In this document: in pieces, positions 53,292-64,000 of the stretch
Numbering within the stretch: position 1 is the stretch's first letter
How the letters are laid out: each line of letters opens with the position of its first letter
NCBI GenBank assembly: GCA_964057225.1
Contig: OZ059894.1
Span: forward strand, 17,670,001-17,734,000
Reading direction: 5' to 3'
DNA: 64,000 nt
Source of the DNA: Auanema rhodensis
Lineage: Eukaryota > Animalia > Nematoda
Translations under genes and position numbers: made by a program
The notes under the pieces: generated by a model
What the model was told of the DNA's origin: nothing
Seen by the model: the letters and a program-made list of their open reading frames with translations, nothing else
Database searches by the model: none

Positions 53292-54763
53292 ATGAGTGGT
53301 TGTATTTCAATTAAAAATATTTTGAAAACAAAATATTTGGCATTCATTGTGAAAAATCCGAAACCAGGCGTAACCCAAGATAACACCTGATGATCTTTGT
53401 AAAGAAGAGCAATTAATTTAGATGACATCACACCTATAATCTGGAGTTGTTGATCAACTTTAATACTTCCGCCAAAGTTTCATCGCATTCATAAAGATCT
53501 ACGTATATATGTATTTCTTCTTAAAAAAATGATTAATAACTTAATCCTTCATTAAATAATTGATACATAATGACAAATATTATTTGACAGTTGTGCACTA
53601 TTCTCACTGGAAATGATTTATGCAACTGTTGTATTTCATAATGAAAAGTTGCCACGTAAATATGGTACGACTATGGAAATAATGGTAATTTCCGGAATTA
53701 TTTATTTAGCAGGAATATGAATCACATGACAAGATAACATTCAAAGTGGATAGACAACGCCTGAAATCTTTCAAAATAAAGTTGTATTTGATTAGATTTT
53801 TATAGCCAATTTAATACTATAATATATAAAATCTATATATATTCTAAAATATTTATATGAAAAATATATTTTCTAGAGAAAAGAATAAGAACAACGAGTT
53901 GTAGTCGCCATCCCAAGAAAAATTTCAAAAATTCAAAACAGCCACTGTCTTTCATTTACAAACATTGATAATGAGGAATTATGCAGTAAAAACATATAAA
54001 CGAGAAAACGTTTTTAGGGTAAAAATGTAATTACCAAGGGATGTCGTGGCAGTTTGTGATAAGATTCTGAGCTAAAATATCACAAGACATTGAATGAAGT
54101 GATCATTGTTTAACTTTATCTCGAAAGATCTAAATAGAAAGAATAGCTCAGTTGAACAAGTTCAGATCATTAAATTCTTATCAGAACATTGTATATACAC
54201 GTGACAACAAAATTAATTGTTCTTCAAAAATAAGTTCATAAACAAGAAATGTTCAAGTTAATTTCATCAAGCTTATGCATAACTTTGGTTCATATAGTAT
54301 ACATTGGTCTATTTGGAAATATCTCATTGGTCAAACTCAATGATGAGCGAAACATTTGAAAATCGTAAAAGTGTTATGGCAACCTAATAATGATGTAAGC
54401 TTTGAAGCTTTTACTTCACTATAAAAGAAGTGAAAATCATATAAAAATTGTGAAATATATATTTCTTACATATTTAAAATTTTTTATCTTAGCTATTTTT
54501 AAATTCAGTTTATTGGAATAGAATAATTGTTTATCTTGTTCAATTCATATAAATGGCAGAACATCATATTACATAGTTGATAACAAAGAATTGCATAAGA
54601 CATTCTATGAGGTAGTAAACTGAAGATAAGAAGCACAACGTCATAAAAATAATTTGAGGAATATATAAGCCCTGAATACAGCAATCTAGTTACAACTGGG
54701 ACATGCCACAACATTCTCGGTTTCGTAACAAATCTTCACCACGTATTTCAATCAAGCATCTGA
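53292..54763 (+). other. Stop-codon-riddled multi-exon gene Y (recoded gene or pseudogene); exon-2 frame and 3' end uncertain
   Basis: ATG 53292; exon 53877-54394 holds 172 codons in one frame with 13 stops and splices in phase (AT|gtaagc...ttcag|T) to an exon starting 54509; ~26 in-frame stops in total. Confidence 0.6.
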
Positions 54764-57700
54764 GTAAGTTTTTCTTTAAATTGGGCTAGTATTATGTTGA
54801 AATTTGCAGAAAAAATATTTTCTGAGCATGCTGATCCTATTTCCAACACTCTTAATCGCAAAGCGATTCAGAATGTCTTGAAAGAAGTTCAAAAAAATCA
54901 AAAGCATCCATTGACTTATCATATTCATGGGGACGAGACTGATTTTCTAGGTGAGTAATATAACAAGATAACCCTCTGATTGCCATGTTTTCAGGATTTC
55001 TCCATGCTATCAGCCCATCCAACTCTCATCACTATAACAGTGCTAATCGCAAGTTGAAAAACAAAGTAAAACATTCATCTAGCTCCTCTTCAAGTTCTTC
55101 GTCGAGCTCCTCTTCCAGTTCTTCTTCTGATTCCGAGGTAGACCTTAAGCATGCTCTTACCAAACACGGTAAACACGGACATGGTCACAAACACCACAAG
55201 AAGCACCATGGCCACAAGCACCTGAAGCATCATAACAAAGATTCTTCGTCTAGCTCATCTTCAAGCTCCTCTTCGAGTTCTTCATCGAGCTCTTCCAGTT
55301 CTTCTTCTGATTCCGATGTAGAGCTTAAGCATGCTCTTACCAAACACGGTAAACACGGACATGGTCACAAACACCACAAGAAGCATCATGGCCACAAGAA
55401 GCACCTGAAGCATCACAAAAAAGATTCTTCGTCTAGCTCCTCTTCAAGTTCTTCGTCGAGCTCCTCTTCCAGTTCTTCTTCTGATTCTGAAGAAGAGCTT
55501 AAGCATGCTCATACTAAACACGGTGAACACGACCATGGTCACAAACACCACAAGAAGCATCATGGCCACAAGAAGCACCTGAAGCATCACAAAAAAGATT
55601 CTTCGTCTAGCTCCTCTTCAAGTTCTTCGTCGAGCTCCTCTTCCAGTTCTTCTTCTGATTCCGAAGAAGAGCTTAAGCATGCTCATACTAAACACGACGA
55701 ACACGACCATGGTCACAAACACCACAAGAAGCATCATGGCCACAAGAAGCACCTGAAGCATCACAAAAAAGATTCTTCGTCTAGCTCCTCTTCAAGTTCT
55801 TCGTCGAGCTCCTCTTCCAGTTCTTCTTCTGATTCCGAAGAAGAGCTTAAGCATGCTCATACCAAACACGGTGAACACGACCATGGTCACAAACACCACA
55901 AGAAGCATCATGGCCACAAGAAGCACCTGAAGCATCACAAAAAAGATTCTTCGTCTAGCTCCTCTTCAAGTTCTTCGTCGAGCTCCTCTTCCAGTTCTTC
56001 TTCTGATTCCGAAGAAGAGCTTAAGCATGCTCATACCAAACACGGTGAACACGACCATGGTCACAAACACCACAAGAAGCATCATGGCCACAAGAAGCAC
56101 CTGAAGCATCACAAAAAAGATTCTTCGTCTAGCTCCTCTTCAAGTTCTTCGTCGAGCTCCTCTTCCAGTTCTTCTTCTGATTCCGAAGAAGAGCTTAAGC
56201 ATGCTCATACTAAACACGGTGAACACGGACATGGTCACAAACACCACAAGAAGCATCATGGCCACAAGAAGCACCTGAAGCATCAGAAGAAAGATTCTTC
56301 GTCTAGCTCCTCTTCAAGCTCTTCGTCGAGCTCCTCTTCCAGTTCTTCTTCTGATTCCGAAGAAGAGCTTAAGCATGCTCATACTAAACACGGCGAACAC
56401 GGACATGGTCACAAACACCACAAGAAGCACCATGGTCACAAGCACCTGAAGCATCAGAAGAAAGATTCTTCGTCTAGCTCCTCTTCAAGCTCCTCTTCGA
56501 GTTCTTCATCGAGCTCTTCATCGAGCTCTTCCAGTTCTTCTTCTGATTCCGAGGTAGAGCTTAATCATGCTCATACCAAACACGGTGAACATGGACATGG
56601 TCACAAACACCACAAGAAGCATCATGGCCACAAGAAGCACCTGAAGCATCAGAAGAAAGATTCTTCGTCTAGCTCCTCTTCAAGCTCTTCGTCGAGCTCC
56701 TCTTCCAGTTCTTCTTCTGATTCCGAAGAAGAGCTTAAGCATGCTCATACTAAACACGGCGAACACGGACATGGTCACAAACACCACAAGAAGCATCATG
56801 TCCACAAGCATCTGAAGCATCAGAAGAAAGATTCTTCGTCTAGCTCCTCTTCAAGCTCCTCTTCGAGTTCTTCATCGAGCTCTTCATCGAGCTCTTCCAG
56901 TTCTTCTTCTGATTCCGAGGTAGAGCTTAAGCAAGGTTATAGCAAATACGGACATGGTCACAAACACCAGAAGAAAGATTCTTCGTCTAGCTCCTCTTCC
57001 AGCTCTTCGTCTGATTCTGAAGAAGAGCTTAAACATGCACGTAACAAGCACAGTGGACATGCATATAAACACCACAAGAAGCACCACCAACCTAGCCACC
57101 ACAGACACCACAGCCATCACGGACATGGAGTTCATGAGCATGGCCACCACGGACACCACAGCCATCACGGACATGGAGTTTATGAGTATGGTCACCACGG
57201 ACACCACGGACACCACGGACACCACAGCCATCACGGACATGGAGTTCATGAGCATGGCCACCACAAACACCATAGCCATGACGGACATGGAGTTCATGAG
57301 CATGGCCACCACGGACACCACAGCCGTCATGGACATGGAGTTCACGAACATGGCCACCACGGACACCACAGCCATCACGGACATGGAGTTCATGAACATG
57401 GCCACCACGGACATGGAGTTCATGACCATGGCCACCACGGACACCACGGACACCACGGACACCACAGCTATCACGGACATGGAGGTCATGACCATGGCCA
57501 TCACGGACACCACAGCCATCACGGACATGGAGTTCATGAGCATGGTCACCACAAGCACCAAAGCCATCACGGACATGGAGTTCATGAGCACGGACACCAC
57601 GGACACCACAGCCATCACGGACATGGAGTTCATGAGCATGGCCACCACGGACACCACAGCCATCACGGACATGGAGTTCATGAGCATGGCCACCACAAAC

Positions 57701-59625
57701 ACCATAGCCATGACGGACATGGAGTTCATGAGCACGGACACCACGGACACCACAGCCATCATGGACATGGAGGTCATGACCATGGCCATCACGGACACCA
57801 CAGCCATCACGGACATGGAGTTCATGAGCATGGTCACCACAAGCACCAAAGCCATCACGGACATGGAGTTCATGAGCACGGACACCACGGACACCACAGC
57901 CATCACGGACATGGAGTTCATGAGCATGACCATCACGGGCACGGAGTTCATGATCATGGTCACCACAAGCACCATAGCCATCACGGACATGGAGTTTATG
58001 AGCAAGGACACCACGGACACCACAGCCATCATGGACATGGAGTTCATGACCATGGTCACCACAAGCACCATAGCCATCACGGACATGGAGTTTATGAGCA
58101 AGGACACCACGGACACCACAGCCATCACGGACATGGAGTTCATAAACATGGCCATCACGGACACCACGGTCATCACGGACATGGAGCTTATGAGCATGGT
58201 CACCACGGACACCACAGCCATCACAAACATGGAGTTCATGAGCATGGCCACCACGGACACCACGGCCACCACGGACATCACAGCTACCACGGACATGGAG
58301 TTCATGACCATGGTCATCACGGACACCACAGCCATCATGGACATGGAGTTCATGAACATGGCCACCACGGACACCACAGCCATCACGGACATGGAGTTCA
58401 TGAGCATGGCCATCACGGACATGGAGTTCATGAGCATGGTCACCACAAGCACCATAGTCATCACGGACATGGAGTTCATGAGCATGGCCACCACGGACAC
58501 CACGGCCACCACGGACATCACAGCTACCACGGACATGGAGTTCATAACCATGGTCATCACGGACACCACAGCCATCATGGACATGGAGTTCATGAACATG
58601 GCCACCACGGACACCACAGCCATCACGGACATGGAATTCATGAGCATGACCATCACGGACATGGAGTTCATGAGCATGGTCACCACAAGCACCATAGCCA
58701 TCACGGACATGGAGTTCATGAGCACGGACACCACGGACACCACAGCCATCATGGACATGGAGTTCATGAACATGGCCACCACGGACATGGAGTTCATGAC
58801 CATGGCCACCACGGACACCACGGCCACCACGGACATCACAGCTACCACGGACATGGAGTTTATGACCATGGCCATCACGGACACCACAGCCATCACGGAC
58901 ATGGAGTTCATGAGCACGGACACCACGGACACCACGGACACCACGGACACCACAGCCATCATGGACATGGAGTTCATGACCATGGCCATCACGGACACCA
59001 CAGCCATCACGGACATCACAGCTACCACGGACATGGAGTTCATGACCATGGTCATCACGGACATGGAGTTCATGACCATGGCCACCACGGACACCACGGC
59101 CACCACGGACATCACAGCTACCACGGACATGGAGTTCATGACCATGGCCATCACGGACACCACAGCCATCACGGACATGGAGTTCATGAGCACGGACACC
59201 ACGGACACCACAGCCATCACGGACATGGAGTTCATGAACATGGCCACCACGGACACCACAGCCATCACGGACTTATTTGTAGCGGATATCGTAGCTATGA
59301 TCGTCATGGAATTAATGACGATGGATATCACAGCGATGGAAATCTTGTATACCTCGATATCAATGGGAAGCATAAACAGCATAAACACCGAAAAGTGAAT
59401 GATCATCTTAACTCTTCTCATAAAAATAGAAGTCATGCGCATAAGCATCGTTCGAGCCAGCATAAGAAAGATGACCATGTCCACAAGAACAAGAGCAAAG
59501 GTGCGAAACTACATTCTAAACCAGCAAGATTAGAGAGTCCTCAAGAAGATCGCCTTCTAAAGCAGCATGACCACAATGGAAATAACGAACATAGTGATGT
59601 TAATGAGGATAATCAAAAGGTTTAA
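54703..59625 (+). CDS. ~1610-aa protein: degenerate EF-hand-like N-terminus, poly-Ser/His-Lys repeats, His/Gly repeats
   Basis: Exons 54703-54763, 54810-54950, 54995-59625 join in frame (4833 nt) through gtaagt/gtgagt donors and CAG acceptors; the ORF-track start at 54985 is intronic. Confidence 0.85.
55060..57030 (+). repeat. Coding ~174-bp (58-aa) tandem repeat D-S(n)-DSEEELKHAHTKHGEH...HKKHLKHHKK
   Basis: GATTCTTCGTCTAGC recurs at 174-bp spacing (55597, 55771, 55945, 56119, 56293); about 11 copies. Confidence 0.95.
57090..59270 (+). repeat. Coding ~48-bp (16-aa) repeat HGHGVHEHGHHGHHSH with 9- and 30-bp variants
   Basis: Repeated GGACATGGAGTTCATGA core throughout. Confidence 0.95.
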
Positions 59626-59989
59626 AAGTACTAGGTCTAATTGCTTAGACGAATAGATGTATAAATTTGTAAAAAATAGTAAATAAATTGTTCAATTAAG
59701 ATTTTCATTTTGAAAATTATCACAAAGAGAAAACAAATTAATAAAAAAACTTCATTAAACAAACTGAAGTGTAAAAAACAAGGAGATTGATACAACAATA
59801 AAGAAATTATACGAATAATTTACGCTGAAATCATCGGGTTATTTTCAAACTGGATCGAAAAAAAAAGGTCCCTGTCATAATACTCCAGAACAAAACATCT
59901 ATGTCATTTCTAATTAATACAATAAAGATAACATGAAACGTGTTTAACAACGATCAAACTTCAACAATGACCTATAGCTTGCTATAGTT

Positions 59990-62067
59990 TTAGGCAAACC
60001 TGAACAAATTGTTGGCGTATCTCATAGGAGGAATAGATGGATGTGGAACATTACTAAACATGGTGAACCGGGGCTGAAATAAATCTTACATATACTCATT
60101 TTTTTCAAATATTTACCTTGAGTTGACCTCCTATAAGAGTTATGAATGCGCCTTTGTTGCCCATCTGATCACAGTAATTAGGAGCAGAGAACACTGTTAT
60201 GCATTTTCCATTATGATGCTCTTCATATCCATCTGGTTTAACTTCATGACTTCTAGAACGGATTTTTAAGAATTAAAAATTGAGTTGATAATCTACCTTA
60301 TAACATAATCGATATCATTCAATTCACACCAAGCTTCAGTAACATCAGGACCAAATTGACATCCTACTCCTCGTTTAGAACTTACTCGTCCAGGAATATT
60401 CTGAGGATCGGACCTATAAATCGAGTTATATGTTTTGAGTTATAGCTGTTTTCACAAACCATAATAAATCGCACATAATTCCACTATCAGGTGGTTGCCG
60501 GATTCTATCGGTTTTTCGAATATCATCAAGAGTTACGCCATCTTCTTTGAATAATCCTCCGTGGCAAACCTTGAATTCAAAAATAGTTACAATTCAAATG
60601 ATATTAAACTTACAAAAACTTTTTTATTTATCAAATGGCATAAAGGCAGAAGACAGAAGATTTCGGTAAAGAATTCACTCATTTCGTTGCCGTATTTTTG
60701 CTTAACTTCTCCTTCAAATCCATACATCTAAAACAGAATTTTTTATATTGGATTAACAACACTTATTTGTTTTAAAATGTTTTAAGAATAACGATATTAT
60801 TCAAATTCAAAATATTTAAATTATATAGAAAATTAACCACTTCTTATCATTCTTATTATGTTCCAAAATTAGCAAATTACCTTATTCATAACATCACTTT
60901 CGTGATTTCCACGAGAGAGATAAAAGTGATCAGGATAAAGCAGCTTGTACCCGAAAAGAGTCAAAATAGTTTCCACACTAAATGAGCCTCGATCAACGAA
61001 ATCGCCATTAAAAAGCTAAATTGAAAAAAAATTAATTAACGAGTGGTAGAACAGTTACATATGGATTAGATTGGCTAGGAACGCCGTTAAGCTCGAATAT
61101 ATTACAGAGATCATAAAACTGTCCGTGAACATCTCCACAAACTGTGAATTTCTGACCAGTTGGAACCTGAACAGAATTTAAGATTGAAAAATTTTCTTAT
61201 CAAAAACTGACATTGATGTCGACCAAGGTTGTTTGGGTTTCCAAGTATTTATATAACTTTTGAAGAATAAACAAAGCGTATTTCTTGTGCAACTTCTTTT
61301 GAGTTTTCAAAGATTCCATAAGTTCGATCATGAAATCAGCAGTAATTTCCTTATCAATATGGACGCCATCATAGCCAGATTCAATTGCTTAAAGATACCT
61401 CATACTGAATAGAAAATTGAAATAAGACATACTGATAGATTCAATATCAAGATCGCGCAGTTTATTCACAGTAGCATGTTCAACAGCAATAGCTTTTTCA
61501 AATGCTATCCTTCTTACTATCTTCTGACACTCGTCATGTTTTTTCTTCGCATCAGGATCATTTGGGCAGGCTTTGACTACAGCAGCATAGTCTTGTAGAG
61601 CTTTCTTAAACCGTCCTAAAGCCATATTGGCAGTGGCTCTCCGGAAATAGGCCTAAAGACCCTTATAAGAATCAGCTTTAAAGAAGTTCGAAACCTTAAC
61701 ATAACTTGGATTTAGATCAATAGCTTCATCAGCGTCTTCTAACGCACTACCATAAAGCTCCTTTTTCAGATAAGCCATACTTCTGAATAACTTTTGTGTT
61801 ACGAACAAGCTATTCTCATGACAAACCTATTGGCATAAAGAACAGCGCTTGGATCATATTCGATAGCCATAGTATACAACTCAATAGCAACATCGAAAGC
61901 TTGGTCTAAAATGATTTTCGATCGTAGTTTGCTAACCCATACCCAATACCTTTGAAGAATTGATTAGCTTCTTCTTTTATTTTATTTGCCTTCTCAGTGT
62001 CATTCCATTGCTTTTCTTCAATTTGCTCCAACACTGTTGCTACAACATCGTCAACCGATGTAGTCAT
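59990..62067 (-). CDS. pph-5: Serine/threonine protein phosphatase 5 (TPR plus PPP domain)
   Basis: TPR region, [28 protein letters not shown], ends [12 protein letters not shown]. Confidence 0.96.
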
Positions 62068-62216
62068 CTGAGAGAATATTTGCAAATTTCAAATTAGACG
62101 GAATTATAGCAGTATTGGAGGCGTACAAACGCATACAATAAGTACATAAAACCATATTTATTAGATAAAACATTCACTTTTTAAGAATTAAACCAATCCA
62201 AAAAATTTTTTTCAAC

Positions 62217-63800
<1,584 letters not shown>

Positions 63801-64000
63801 TTACACTTTCTGAAAAAAAAAGAAATAAAATGAACTGAGTAGAATGTTGACCTAATAGGCAACCCAAGCGTTCTACGTCAACACAAAATGATAGAAAATT
63901 GGAGCGATAAGCCACCACCTAGATCAATATGGCCATAGAACGATAAGAAAAATTTTAATACAACAAGATTTGAGTAACAATAATAATTATTTCAAGATAA

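Noticed and set aside
54608-54630. TGAGGTAGTA, identical to the let-7 5' end
   Set aside because: No complementary arm for a precursor hairpin; lies in gene Y's exon
56884-59484. 866-aa antisense ORF and 814-aa alternate-frame ORF
   Set aside because: Shadows of the His/Gly repeat, whose codons lack stops in those frames

Overview
AT-rich eukaryotic genomic DNA from a rhabditid (clade V) nematode, with many very short (~35-50 nt) GT-AG introns and close similarity to C. elegans proteins. Conventional spliced genes, left to right: serine palmitoyltransferase LCB2 (-), OATP transporter (-), an unknown secreted protein (+), eIF4E ife-3 (-), PLC-beta egl-8 with several cassette exons (+), a single-granulin mini-gene missed by the ORF track (-), fmo-4 (-), a CNPPD1-like cyclin (-), a KKAEEA/RG-repeat nuclear protein (+), a PLD3-like enzyme (+), DPAGT1/algn-7 (+), a ~1610-aa EF-hand-like plus Ser/His-repeat protein (+), pph-5 (-) and adh-5 (-). 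The most striking observation is in two apparently intergenic stretches (~21.2-24.1 kb, minus; ~53.3-54.8 kb, plus). Each can be read as an ATG-initiated, spliced, frameshift-free gene containing dozens of in-frame TAA/TAG/TGA codons at positions where Glu fits. Both carry the same bipartite upstream motif TCATAGA-N11-CTATCGCTG 35-40 nt before the ATG. This suggests a co-regulated gene class read with a context-restricted stop-to-Glu code, while neighbouring genes use the standard code; pseudogene decay is the alternative. A candidate pseudoknotted structured RNA lies at ~25.9-26.3 kb. All translations, foldings and counts were done by hand; no database searches were run.
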